Shown here in pieces: positions 1 through 12,646 of a stretch of DNA of 34,052 bases. The translations under genes and the position numbers were made by a program. The stretch lies in NCBI RefSeq assembly GCF_004010195.1, contig NC_057720.1, positions 9,930,385 through 9,964,436 of the forward strand, in the 5' to 3' direction. Position 1 is the first letter of the stretch. Each line of letters starts with the position of its first letter. The notes beneath the pieces are model-generated. The model saw nothing but the letters and a program-made list of their open reading frames with translations. It searched no databases and had not been told where the DNA came from. The stretch comes from Chiloscyllium plagiosum. Taxonomy: Eukaryota.

Positions 1-2081
1 GGTCTCTGTAACTGTCCGTGGGTCTCTGCAATGGGCTCTGTGTTTCTGTAATGGGCCCTGGGTCTCTGTAATGGACTCTGGGTCTCTGTAACAGGCTCCG
101 GAGACTCTGTAATGGGCTCTGGGACACTGTAATGGGTTCTGGGTCTCGCTTCCAGGCCCTGGGTCTCTGTAATGGGCTTTGGGTCTCTGTAACTGGCCCT
201 GGGTCTCTGTAACTGTCCGTGGGTCTCTGCAATGGGCTCTGTGTTTCTGTAATGGGCCCTGGGTCTCTGTAATGGACTCTGGGTCTCTGTAACAGGCTCC
301 GGAGACTCTGTAATGGGCTCTGGGACACTGTAATGGGTTCTGGGTCTCGCTTCCAGGCCCTGGGTCTCTGTAATGGGCTTTGGGTCTCTGTAACTGGCCC
401 TGGGTCTCTGTAACTGTCCGTGGGTCTCTGCAATGGGCTCTGTGTTTCTGTAATGGGCCCTGGGTCTCTGTAATGGACTCTGGGTCTCTGTAACAGGCTC
501 CGGAGACTCTGTAATGGGCTCTGGGACACTGTAATGGGTTCTGGGTCTCGCTTCCAGGCCCTGGGTCTCTGTAATGGGCTTTGGGTCTCTGTAACTGGCC
601 CTGGGTCTCTGTAACTGTCCGTGGGTCTCTGCAATGGGCTCTGTGTTTCTGTAATGGGCCCTGGGTCTCTGTAATGGACTCTGGGTCTCTGTAACAGGCT
701 CCGGAGACTCTGTAATGGGCTCTGGGACACTGTAATGGGTTCTGGGTCTCGCTTCCAGGCCCTGGGTCTCTGTAATGGGCTTTGGGTCTCTGTAACTGGC
801 CCTGGGTCTCTGTAACTGTCCGTGGGTCTCTGCAATGGGCTCTGTGTTTCTGTAATGGGCCCTGGGTCTCTGTAATGGACTCTGGGTCTCTGTAACAGGC
901 TCCGGAGACTCTGTAATGGGCTCTGGGACACTGTAATGGGTTCTGGGTCTCGCTTCCAGGCCCTGGGTCTCTGTAATGGGCTTTGGGTCTCTGTAACTGG
1001 CCCTGGGTCTCTGTAACTGTCCGTGGGTCTCTGCAATGGGCTCTGTGTTTCTGTAATGGGCCCTGGGTCTCTGTAATGGACTCTGGGTCTCTGTAACAGG
1101 CTCCGGAGACTCTGTAATGGGCTCTGGGACACTGTAATGGGTTCTGGGTCTCGCTTCCAGGCCCTGGGTCTCTGTAATGGGCTTTGGGTCTCTGTAACTG
1201 GCCCTGGGTCTCTGTAACTGTCCGTGGGTCTCTGCAATGGGCTCTGTGTTTCTGTAATGGGCCCTGGGTCTCTGTAATGGACTCTGGGTCTCTGTAACAG
1301 GCTCCGGAGACTCTGTAATGGGCTCTGGGACACTGTAATGGGTTCTGGGTCTCGCTTCCAGGCCCTGGGTCTCTGTAATGGGCTTTGGGTCTCTGTAACT
1401 GGCCCTGGGTCTCTGTAACTGTCCGTGGGTCTCTGCAATGGGCTCTGTGTTTCTGTAATGGGCCCTGGGTCTCTGTAATGGACTCTGGGTCTCTGTAACA
1501 GGCTCCGGAGACTCTGTAATGGGCTCTGGGACACTGTAATGGGTTCTGGGTCTCGCTTCCAGGCCCTGGGTCTCTGTAATGGGCTTTGGGTCTCTGTAAC
1601 TGGCCCTGGGTCTCTGTAACTGTCCGTGGGTCTCTGCAATGGGCTCTGTGTTTCTGTAATGGGCCCTGGGTCTCTGTAATGGACTCTGGGTCTCTGTAAC
1701 AGGCTCCGGAGACTCTGTAATGGGCTCTGGGACACTGTAATGGGTTCTGGGTCTCGCTTCCAGGCCCTGGGTCTCTGTAATGGGCTTTGGGTCTCTGTAA
1801 CTGGCCCTGGGTCTCTGTAACTGTCCGTGGGTCTCTGCAATGGGCTCTGTGTTTCTGTAATGGGCCCTGGGTCTCTGTAATGGACTCTGGGTCTCTGTAA
1901 CAGGCTCCGGAGACTCTGTAATGGGCTCTGGGACACTGTAATGGGTTCTGGGTCTCGCTTCCAGGCCCTGGGTCTCTGTAATGGGCTTTGGGTCTCTGTA
2001 ACTGGCCCTGGGTCTCTGTAACTGTCCGTGGGTCTCTGCAATGGGCTCTGTGTTTCTGTAATGGGCCCTGGGTCTCTGTAA
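1..2081. repeat. 201-bp higher-order repeat (nine 20-mers plus one 21-mer), about 10.4 apparently identical copies
   Basis: The marker monomer GGTCTCTGTAACTGTCCGTG starts at 1, 202, 403 ... 2011. The first deviation I can see is at 2082. Confidence 0.95.
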
Positions 2082-3100
2082 CGGACTCTGGGTCTCTGTA
2101 ACAAGCTGTCGGTCTCTGTAATGGGCTCTGGATCTCTGTAATGGGCTCTGGGTCTCTGTAATGGGCTCTGGATCTTGGTTACAGGCTCTGGGTCTCCATA
2201 ACTGGCTCTGGGTCTCTGTAATGGGCCCTGGGTCTCTGTAACTGGCTCTGGGTCTCTGTAACTGGCTCTGGGTCTCTATAATGGGCCCCAGGTCTCTGTA
2301 ATGGGCCCTTGGTCTCTGAAACTGGCTCTGAGTCTCTGTAACAGGCTCTGGGTCTTGGTTACAGGCTCTGGGTCTCTGTAACGGGCTCTGGGTCTTGTTT
2401 ACAGGTTCGGTCTCAGTAACAGGCTCCAGGGTCTCTGTAATGGGCCCTGGGTCTCTGTAATGGACTCTGGGTCTCGCTTCCAGGCCCTGGGTCTCTGTAA
2501 TGGGCTTTGGGTCTCTGTAACTGGCTTGGGGTCTCTGTAACTGGCCCTGGGTCTCTGCAATGGGCTCTGTGTTTCTGTAATGGGCCCTGGGTCTCTGTAA
2601 TGGGCCCTGGGTATCTGTAAAAGCTATTGGTCTCTGTAACGGGCTCTGGGTCTCTGTAACAGGCTCTGGGTCTCTGTAACAAGCTATCGGTCTCTGTAAT
2701 GGGCTCTGGATCTCTGTAATGGGCTTTGGGTCTCTGTAATGGGCCCTGGATGTCTGTAACAAGCTATTGGTCTCTGTAACGGGCTCTGGGTCTCTGTAAC
2801 AGGCTCTGGGTCTCTGTAACGGGCTCTGGGTCTCTGTAATGGGCTCTGGGACACTGTAATGGGTTCTGGGTCTCGCTTCCAGGCCCTGGGTCTCTGTAAT
2901 GGGCTTTGGGTCTCTGTAACTGTCTCTGGGTCTCTGTAACTGGCCCTGGGTCTCTGTAATGGGCCCCAGGGTCTCTGTATTGTGTCCTGGGTCTCTGTAC
3001 TGGGCTCTGGATCTCTGGGATGGGCTCTAGGTCTCTGTAATGGGCCCTGGGTCGCTGTAACAGGTTCTGGGTCTCTGTAACGGGCTCTGTGTCTCTGTAA

Positions 3101-3763
3101 NNNNNNNNNNNNNNNNNNNNNNNNNNNNNNNNNNNNNNNNNNNNNNNNNNNNNNNNNNNNNNNNNNNNNNNNNNNNNNNNNNNNNNNNNNNNNNNNNNNN
3201 NNNNNNNNNNNNNNNNNNNNNNNNNNNNNNNNNNNNNNNNNNNNNNNNNNNNNNNNNNNNNNNNNNNNNNNNNNNNNNNNNNNNNNNNNNNNNNNNNNNN
3301 NNNNNNNNNNNNNNNNNNNNNNNNNNNNNNNNNNNNNNNNNNNNNNNNNNNNNNNNNNNNNNNNNNNNNNNNNNNNNNNNNNNNNNNNNNNNNNNNNNNN
3401 NNNNNNNNNNNNNNNNNNNNNNNNNNNNNNNNNNNNNNNNNNNNNNNNNNNNNNNNNNNNNNNNNNNNNNNNNNNNNNNNNNNNNNNNNNNNNNNNNNNN
3501 NNNNNNNNNNNNNNNNNNNNNNNNNNNNNNNNNNNNNNNNNNNNNNNNNNNNNNNNNNNNNNNNNNNNNNNNNNNNNNNNNNNNNNNNNNNNNNNNNNNN
3601 NNNNNNNNNNNNNNNNNNNNNNNNNNNNNNNNNNNNNNNNNNNNNNNNNNNNNNNNNNNNNNNNNNNNNNNNNNNNNNNNNNNNNNNNNNNNNNNNNNNN
3701 NNNNNNNNNNNNNNNNNNNNNNNNNNNNNNNNNNNNNNNNNNNNNNNNNNNNNNNNNNNNNNN
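3101..3763. other. Assembly gap (N run) inside the minisatellite
   Basis: Run of N. Confidence 1.
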
Positions 3764-5545
3764 TTTGGGTCTCTGTAACTGGCCCTGGGTCTCTGTAACT
3801 GTCCGTGGGTCTCTGCAATGGGCTCTGTGTTTCTGTAATGGGCCCTGGGTCTCTGTAACGGACTCTGGGTCTCTGTAACAAGCTGTCGGTCTCTGTAATG
3901 GGCTCTGGATCTCTGTAATGGGCTTTGGGTCTCTGTAATGGGCCCTGGATGTCTGTAACAAGCTATCGGTCTCTGTAACAAGCTATCGGTCTCTGTAACA
4001 GGCTCTGGGTCTCTGTAATGGGCCCTGGGTCTCTGTAATGGGCTCTGGGTCTCTGTAATGAGCTCCGGGTCTGTTTAACTGGCTCTGGGTCCCTGTGACT
4101 GTCTTTGGGTCTCTGTATTGTGTCCTGGGTCTCTGTAATGGGCTCTGGGTCTCTGTGATGGGCTCTGGGTCTTGGTTACAGGCTTCGGATCTCTGTAACG
4201 GGCTCTGTGTCTCTGCAATGGGCTCTGGGTCTCTGTAATGGGCCCTGGATCTTGGTTACAGGCTCTGGGTCTCCGTAACTGGCTCTGGGTCTCTGTAATG
4301 GGCCCTGGATCTCTGTAACTGGCTCTGGGTCTCTGTAACTGGCTCTGGGTCTCTGTAATGGGCCCCAGGTCTCTGTAATGGGCCCTCAGTCTCTGAAAAT
4401 GGCTCTGGGTCTCTGTAACGGGCTCTGGGTCTTGGTTACAGGCTCTGGGTCTCTGTAATGGGCTCTGGTTCTTGGTTACAGGCTCTGGGTCTCTGTAATG
4501 GGCCCTGGGTCTCTGTAATGGGCTCTGGGTCTCTGTAACAGGTTCTGGGGTCTCTGTAATGGGCCCTGTGTCTCTGTAATGGGCCCTGGGTCTCTAACAG
4601 GCTCTGGATCTCTGTAATGGGCTCTGGGTCTTGGTTACCAGCTCTGGGTCGCTGTGACAGCCCTGGGTCTCTGTAATGGGCTCTAGGTCTCTGTAACAGG
4701 CTCTGGGTCTTGTTTACAGGCTCTGGGTCTCTTTAACGAGCCCTGGGTCTTGGTTACAGGCTCGGTCTCGGTAACAGGCTCCAGGGTCTCTGTAATGGGC
4801 CCTGGGTCTCTGTAATGGACTCTGGGTCTCGCTTCCAGGCCCTGGGTCTCTGTAATGGGCTTTGGGTCTCTGTAACTGGCTTGGGGTCTCTGTAACTGGC
4901 CCTGGGTCTCTGCAATGGGCTCTGTATTTCTGTAATGGGCCCTGGGTCTCTGTAATGGGCCCTGGGTACCTGTAACAAGCTATCGGTCTCTGTAATGGGC
5001 TCTGGATCTCTGTAATGGGCCCTGGATCTCTGTAATGGGCCCTGGATGTCTGTAACAAGCTATTTGTCTCTGTAACGGGCTCTGGGTCTCTGTAACAGGC
5101 TCTGGGTCTCTATAACGGGCTCTGGGTCTCTGTAATGGGCTCTGGTTCTTGGTTACAGGCTGTGGGTCTCTGTAACGGGCTCTGGGTCTTGGTTACAGGT
5201 TCGGTCTCAGTAACAGACTCCAGGGTCTCTGTAATGGATCCTGGGTCTCTGTAATGGACTCTGGGTCTCTGTAACAGGCTCCGGGCACTCTGTAATGGGC
5301 TCTGGGACACTGTAATGGGTTCTGGGTCTCCCGTCCAGGCCCTGGGTCTCTGTAATGGGCTTTGGGTCTCTGTAACTGTCCCTGGGTCTCTGCAATAGGC
5401 TCTGTGTTTCTGTAATGGGCCCTGGGTCTCTGTAATGGGCCCTGGGTGTCTGTAAAAAGCTATCAGTCTCTGTAATGGGCTCTGGGTCTCTGTAATGGGC
5501 CCTGGGTCTCTGTAACTGGCTCTGAGTCTTGATTACTGACTCTGG

Positions 5546-5670
5546 AATGAAGGGCTTATGCCCAAAACGTCTATTCTCATGCTCCTTGGATGTTGCCTGA
5601 CCTGCTGCACATTTCCAGCAACACATTTTTCAGCTCTGATCTCCAGCATCTGCATTCCTCACTTTCTCCT
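5546..5670 (+). mobile_element. PLE terminal-repeat (pLTR) fragment, family A, inserted in the minisatellite
   Basis: ATGAAGGGCTTATGCCCAAAACGTC...GCCTGACCTGCTG...CTCCAGCATCTGCA...CACTTTCTCC is homologous to 9640-9863, 27341-27512 and to the 3' end of the GIY-YIG fragment at 22289-22742. Confidence 0.8.
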
Positions 5671-8600
5671 ACAGGCTCTGGGTCTTGGTTACAGGCTCTG
5701 GGTCTCTGTAATGGGCTCTGGGTCTCTGTAATGGGGTTTGGGTCTCTGTAACTGGCTTTGGGTCTCTGTATTGTGTCCTGGGTCTCTGTAATGGGCTCTG
5801 CGTCTAATTTACAGGCTCTGGGTCTCTGTAACGCTCTCTGGGACTTGACTACAGGCTCTGGGTCTTGATTACAGGATCTGGGACGCTGTAACAGGTTCCT
5901 GGGTCTCTGTAAGGCACTTTGGGTCTCTGTAATAGGCTCTGGGTCTTGTTTACAGGCTCTGGGTCTCTGTAATGAGCTCTGGTCTTGGCTAAAGGGTCTG
6001 TGTCCTAGTTACAGGCACTGGGTCTCTGTAACGGTCTCTGTGTCTTGATTACAGGCTCTGGGTCTTGGTTACCAGCTCTGGGTCTCTGTAAAAGGCTCTG
6101 GGTCTCTGTAATGGGCTCTGGGTCATGGTTACAGGCTCTTGGTCTCTGTAACAGACTCTGGGTCTCTGTAACAGGCTCTGGGTCTTGGGTACAGGCTCTG
6201 GGTCTCGGTTACAGGCTCTGTGTCTCTGTAATCGGCTCTGAGTCTCTGTAACGGACTCTGGGTCTCGGAAACTGGCTCTGGGTCTTTATAATGGGCCCTG
6301 GGTCTCTGCAATGGGCCCTGGGTCTCGGAAACTGGCTCTGGGTCTCTGTAACTGGCTCTGGGTCTCTGTAATGGGCTCTGGGTCTTTGTATCTGGCTCTG
6401 GGTCTTGGTTACAGGCTCTGGGTCTCTGTAATGGGCTCCGGCCTCTGTAATGAGCTCTGGGTGTCTGTCATGGGCTCTTGGTCTCTGTATTGGGCTCTGG
6501 GTTTTGGCTACAGGCTCTGGGTCCTGGTTACAGGCTCAGGGTCTCTGTAATGGTCTCTGGGTCTTGATTACGGGCTCTGGGTCTTGATTACAGGCTCTGG
6601 GTCTTGGTTACAGGCTCTTGGCCTCTGTAACAGGCTCTGGGTCTCGGTTGCAGGATCTGGGTCTCTGTAATTGGCTCTGGGTCTTGGTTACAGGTTCTGT
6701 ATCTCTGTAACTGGCTCTGGGTCTCTATAGCGGGCTCTGGGTCTCTGTAATGGGCTCTGGGTCTCTGTAGCGGGCTCTGGGTCTCTGTAATGGGCTCTGG
6801 GTCTCTGTAATGGGCTCTGGGTCTCTGAAACTGGCTCTGGGTCTCTGTAATGGGCTCTGGGTCTCTGAAACTGGCTCTGGGTACAGGTTACAGCTCTGGA
6901 TCTCTGTAACGGTCTCTGGGTCTTGATTACAGTCTCTGGGTCTTGGTTACAGGCTCTAGGTCTCTGTAACAGTCTGTGGGTCTCTGTAACGGACTCTGGG
7001 TCTCTGTAATGGGCTCTAGGTCTCTGTAATGGGCTCTGGGCCTCTGTAATGGGCTCTGAGTCTCTGTGACTGGCTGTGGGTCTCTGTAAGGGGCTCTTGG
7101 TCTCTGTAACAGGCTCTGGGTCTCTGTAATGGGCTCTGGGTCCCTGTAACTGGTTCTGGATCTTGGTTACAGGCTCTGGGTCTCTGTAATGAGCTCTGGA
7201 TATCTGTAATGAGCTCTGGGTCTCAGTTACAGACTCTGGGTCAATGTAATGGGCTCTGGATGTGTGTAACTGGCTCTGGGTCTCTGTAACCGGCCCTGGG
7301 TCTCTGTAATGGGCTCTGCGTCTCTGTAACGGGCACTGGATCTCTGTAATGAGCTCCAGTTCTCTGTAACTGGCCCTGGTTCTCTGTAACGGGCTCTGGG
7401 TCTCTGTATTGGGCTCTAGGTCTCATTTACAGGCTCTGGGTCTCTGAAACGCTCTCTGGGTCTTGGCTACAGGCTCTTGGTCTTGGTTACAGGCTCTGGG
7501 TCTCTGTAACGGTCTCTGGGTCTTGATTACAGGCTCTGGGTTGCTGTAGCAGGTTCCTGGGTCTCTGTAAGGCACTCTGGGTCTCTGTAATAGGCTCTGG
7601 GTCTCATTTACAGGCTCTGGGTCTCTATAACACTCTCTGGGTCATGGCTACAGGCTCTTGGTCTTGGTTACAGGCTCTGGGTCTCTGTAACGGTCTCTGG
7701 GTTTCTGTAGTCTTGATTACAGGCTCTGGGTCTCTGTAACAGGCTCTGGGTCTCTGTAACAAGCTCTGGGTCTTGGTTACAGGCTCTGGGTCTCAGTTAC
7801 AGGCCCTGTGGCTCTGTAATGGCCTCTGGGTCTCTGTAATGGGCTCTGGGTCTCAGTTGCAGACTCTGGGTCTTGGTTACGATCTCTGGGTCTCTGTACT
7901 GGCTCTAAGTCTCAGTTGCAGGCTCTGCGTCTTGGTTACAGACTCTGGGTCTCTGTAATTGGCTCTGGGTCTCTGTAATGGTCCCTGGGTCTTTGTAATG
8001 GGCCCTGGGTCTCTGAAACTGGCTCTGGGTCTCTGTAACAGGCTCTACGTCTCAGTACAGACTCTGGGTCTCGGTTACAGACTCTGGGTCTCTGTAACTA
8101 GCTCTGGGTCTCTGTAATGGTCCCTGGGTCTCTGTAATGGGCCCTGGATCTCTGAAACTGGCTCTGGGTCTCTGTAACAGGCTCTAGGTCTCAGTACAGA
8201 CTCTGGGTCTCGGTTACAGACTCTGGGTCTCTGTAACTAGCTCTGGGTCTCTGTAATGGTCCCTGGGTCTCTATAATGGGCCCTGGGTTTCTGAAACCGG
8301 CTCTGGGTCTCTGTACCTGTCCCTGGGTCTCTGTTACGGGCTTTGGGTTGCCTAATGGGCTCTGGGTCTCTGTAATGGGCCCTGGGTCTCTGTAACTCGC
8401 TCTGTGTCTCTGTAATGGGCGCTGAGTCCCTGTAATGGGCTCTGGGTCTCTTTATTGGGCTCTGGGTCTCTGTAACTGGCCTTGGGTCTCTGAAATGGGC
8501 TCTGGGTCTCTGTAATGGGCTCTGGGTCTCTGTAACAGGCTCTGGGTCTCTGTAACTGGTTCGGGGTCTGTCTAATGGGCACTGGGTCTCTGTAATGTGT

Positions 8601-9202
8601 TCTGGGTCTCTGTATTTGGACCCTGGGTCTCTGTAATGGGCTCTGGGTCTTGGTTACAGGCACTGGGTCTTGGTTACAGGTTCTGGGTCTTGGTTACAGG
8701 CTCTGGGTCTCTGTAGTGTGATCTGGGTCTCTGTAGAAGGCTCTGGGTCTCTGTAATGGGCTATGGATCACGGTTACAGACACTGGGTCTCTGTAACTGT
8801 CTCTGGGTTTCTGTAATGGGCCTGGGTATCTGTAACGGTCTCTGGGTCTCGGTTTCAGGCTCTGGGTCTCGGCTACAAGCTCTGGGTGTCTGTAATGGGC
8901 TCTGGCTCTCTGTTACGGGCTCTGGGTCTTGGTTACAGGCTCTGGGTCTCGGATACAGGCTCTGGGTCTTGGTTACAGTCTCTGGGTCTCTGTAATGGGC
9001 TCTGGGTCTCAGTAACTGACTCTGAGTCTCGGTTAAGGGTCTCCTCCGCTGCTTGAGTTGCTGCATCTGACCTGTAGCTAGGGGCGTGATGATGGGCAGG
9101 TTCCATCCCTCCTGTTTTCCATCCGATGCACCTTTGGTCCCTGTTGTTGATAATCTGTGGTTGAGCAACCTCCATGTCCCTTTCACCCACGTTTCCACTC
9201 CT

Positions 9203-9375
9203 TCAGGCCCCCATGTTGAGTGGAAACCTGGGCTCAGCCTCCGTGCCCGAGGGGGGTCTGCTCCTGACTGGCTGGGAGATCCCAGGCAGGGGGATGGAGC
9301 CATGCCCCAGCTCCTTCTGGTATTGTTGCTGCTGCTGCTCCAGGAGGTCGCCTCCTTCAGCCACCGCACGCCAGG
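9203..9375 (-). CDS. Candidate terminal exon (unrecognised product: (A)WRAVAEGGDLLEQQQQQYQKELGHGSIPLPGISQPVRSRPPSGTEAEPRFPLNMGA*)
   Basis: GC-rich, apparently non-repeat block preceded on the minus strand by a long polypyrimidine tract ending ...ttccttttctttaaAG. Frame open to TGA at 9203-9205. No homology recognised. Confidence 0.25.
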
Positions 9376-9639
9376 CTTTAAAGAAAAGGAAATGAAGTAA
9401 AAAAGGAAAAGAGCAAATGCGAAAGGAAGGAAAGAAGACAAGGAGCAATAAAGCAGGTGGGAGTGGACTCGTCCTGGGCTCAGCTTTGCTACTGCACTGC
9501 CGTCTTCCAGGTTGCTTTGAAACAAAAGACAATGAGGTCGCAGACTTCCCTGTCCTGAGCTGCGCAAGCTCTAACATTCTATCAAAGTCTCAACCACATG
9601 ACGACTGGTTACACCATAGCTTCCTTCAGAAGCGGATCT

Positions 9640-9863
9640 AGGAGAAAGTGAGGAGTGCAGATGCTGGAGATCAGAGTCAAAAAGTGTGGTACTGGAAAAG
9701 CACAGCAGGTCAGGCAGCATCCGAGGAGCAGGAGAATCGATGTTTTGTGCATAAGCTCTACATCATGTTCCGATGAAGGCCTTATGCCTAAAAACGTTGA
9801 TTCTCCTGCTCCTCGGATACTGCCTGACCTACTGTGCTTTTCCAGCACCACACCTTTTGACTC
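9640..9863. mobile_element. Head-to-head inverted pair of family A pLTRs (imperfect ~90-bp-arm hairpin)
   Basis: 9674-9765 is an approximate reverse complement of 9771-9863; the junction is CATCA-TGTTC-CGATGA. Confidence 0.85.
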
Positions 9864-9954
9864 AGAGGCTTACCTGCAAATGTATTCTATGTGCCCTATC
9901 ACTACTGGAGAGGTCAGGGACTAAGGCTACCTGTTTCACCCTGGCTAATGATAG

Positions 9955-10390
9955 CATGAAGTCACAGAATTACACTGTGCTGAAAGAGTCCACTCAGTCC
10001 ATCTTGTCAGTGTCGGCTTTTCAATTAATTCTTCGCTCCTTGCTTCTACACCTGCATTTTATTTTCTTTATTAAGTTTGCAATCAATTCCCTTCTGCAAT
10101 TTACTGTAGGATTTTCCTCCACTATCCTTTAAGTGCCATATTCCCGATCAAAATAACTCACTGCATAAAAATATTCTCCACATCTCACTCCTGGGTCTTT
10201 TACTAATTGCATAAAACTGCGTCCTCAGTTTATTGACATTTCTGCCTGTGATAAAACTTCTTCTTATTTGCTCTCAAAGCCTTTAATAATAATTTTGAAA
10301 GTCTCAAATAAATCCTCCCTTATCCTTCTCTGCTATAACCCAGCTTCTCTCATCTCTCCGCAGACTGAAGTCCCTCACCTGTGGTATTCT
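9955..10390 (-). mobile_element. Old, degenerate CR1-type LINE 3' end
   Basis: Diverged similarity to the reverse complement of the CR1 3' region seen at 20088-20500. Confidence 0.45.
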
Positions 10391-10647
10391 GAAAGTTGAA
10401 TAAGACTAAAAGCTAATAATAAGTTCAGGCTGAGACCAGCACAATGATACACCATACAGATCAAAGAACAGTACTTTGATTATCTTTGGTAATGGGCTGG
10501 ATTGTAATACAAATACCCCCCAGGTTCTGAAGAGTTGCACTGGATGCTGGATGCAATGCAATATCTAAATAATGAGAGGTTACACAGCTCAGAGATGCAA
10601 AATAATCTGAGTGTCTTTGTGCATGAACTGTATGTAGGTACAGCATA

Positions 10648-11237
10648 TAAGTATAGGAGTTGAAAGATCATGTTGTGCCTGTACAGGACATTGGCTAGGC
10701 CACTATTGGATTACTGCATGCAATTCTGGTCTCCCTGCTATAGGAAGGATGTTTGAAACTTGAAAGGGTTCAGAAAAGATTTACAAGGATGTTGCCAGGG
10801 TTGGAGGATGTGAGCTACAGGGAGAGGCTGAATAGGCCGGAGATATTTTTCCTGGAGTGTTGGAGGCTGAGGGATGACTTTATAGAGGTTTATACAATCA
10901 TGAGGGACATGCATAGGTCAATGTCTTTTCCCTGGGGTGGGGGAGTCCAGAACTAGAGGGCGTAGGTTTAAGGTGAGAAAGGAAACATTTAAAAGGGACT
11001 TAAGGGGCAACTTTTTCATGCAGAGGGGTGGTGTGTGTATGGAATGAGCTGCCAGAGGAAGTGATGGAGGCTGGTTAAATTATAGCATTTAAAAGGATGG
11101 GTGCATGAATAGGAAGGGTATGGGCCAAGTGCTGGCAAATGGGACTAGATTAATTTAGGTTTTTCTGGTTGGCATGGATGAATTGTATTGAAAGGTCTGT
11201 TTCTGTGCTTGTATATTTCTATGATTCTATGACTCTA
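10648..11237 (+). mobile_element. 5'-truncated CR1 (HER1-like) LINE 3' end
   Basis: ORF fragment KLERVQKRFTRMLPGLEDVSYRERLN (CR1 ORF2 C-terminus), followed by the 3' UTR and a CTATGATTCTATGACTCT tail. Confidence 0.9.
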
Positions 11238-12401
11238 ATTATTATTGTATTATTCTGTAGGATCAACCGTTCTGAAGTCATGCCAAAGGGAAGAAGCAAA
11301 GACAGCAAGAAGGCTTTGATCCTCCACTGTGGCCCAGAAGCATAGAGTCAGCCAGTCACGGGTAGGTTTGTCATACCTTGAGCATCAAACATTAATGGAT
11401 GATTGAACGGAGATGTTCCTATGATGGAGAAACAATTCCCTGTAGTGGGAGAATTCGGTAACAGCAATGCAGAATCTTAAAATCAGACCTCCAAAGTTCA
11501 AGGATGATGTCAGATGGAGCTTTATCGGGGAGTGTGAATCTGAATCAGTCTCCCCTAAAGAAAACTGTTTTACCTGGCTGGACAATTGGAAATTTGATAG
11601 ATTTTTGATGGGAAAAGATCTCAGGAATAAGAGAATCAGGTTGGGCAATCACCTGCACACACACAACATGGATGCTGGGGAAAAAATAAGCACTACCGCA
11701 GTTAGGCGGGAGTGTGGGAGCAAAAATAGAAAAAAAAAGAAACAGGAGAGTCAGAGAATCTGAAAAAAAAAATCAGGTTGGGCAAATGGAGTTAACGTGC
11801 AAACCACCAAAAGTGAACATGCCTGAACTTTACTGTTATTTCTATATTGTCTTAGATAAATTATATTCTTATTTATCAAAGCTTTTGGGACTTTTAGATA
11901 ATTAACTGCCCAAAATACATCTCTTCCCACACTTTCTAGCATCTGGTATCACTAAAACAATTACTGCACAGAGCTCAAATCAGTTGCAGCATTTCACGTA
12001 AGGCGTGTGAATGATGCAATGTACTGCAGACCTTCCCCATTGTGCTCAGGGTTTGGTTCTGACATGCAAAGACCCTACTCATTTAACCAAATGCTGCACT
12101 CGTGAAAGGGCGTACAACCTTAGTTGGTTGTTCTGGACATCTGCCTTGTTCCTGGTAGCCCTTGTGGTTTGTGTTGTAATGGAGACTGGCCATATCAATG
12201 TCTCCATAAGAGCATCAGGATCAGGAACAAGAGAAGCCTTGGCCACCTCATGCCATTTAGTAAGATCTCATGCCTGATCATCGAACTTAACGCCATTTTC
12301 CCATGGCCTCCCCTTATCCCTTAATTCATCGAGTTTCTGAAAATCTATCAACCGATCTCAGCCTTGAATGTGTTCAACAACTGAGCATTGACAGCCTTTT
12401 A

Positions 12402-12646
12402 AAAAAAGACACCAGGGGCAAAGTTTTTTACACAGAGGGTGATTTACATGTGGAATGAACTTCCTGAGGAAGTGGTGGATGTGGGCACAATAACAATGTT
12501 TAAAAGGCATTTGGATAAACCCATGAAGAGGAAAGGTTTGGAGGGATATGGGCCAGGAGCAGGTAGGTGGGACTAGTTTAGTTTGGGATCATGTCCGCAT
12601 GGACCGAAGGTTCTGTTTCCAAGGTGTATGACTTTACGACTCTATG
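12402..12646 (+). mobile_element. CR1 3' tail nested in an older minus-strand CR1 tail (about 12205-12720)
   Basis: AGGGGCAAAGTTTTTTACACAGAGGGTG...GGACCGAAGG...ACTCTATG. The flanks resemble the minus-strand CR1 tail at 26494-26760. Confidence 0.75.

Larger units (their letters stand above)
1..9043. repeat. 20-bp minisatellite array, consensus GGTCTCTGTAATGGGCTCTG; runs off the left edge
   Basis: Continuous ~20-bp periodicity. Variant monomers such as GGTCTTGGTTACAGGCTCTG become more frequent rightwards. Interrupted by an N-gap and by an insertion at 5546-5670. Confidence 0.98.

Noticed and set aside
2413..8995. Many ORFs with LQRPRAHYRDPEP or LGLCNGLWVSV repeats
   Set aside because: Translations of a 20-bp non-triplet minisatellite; the same peptide appears in all frames, and the longest ORFs span an N-gap.
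11261..11365. AG...GT bounded plus-strand block
   Set aside because: Stop codons in all three frames.
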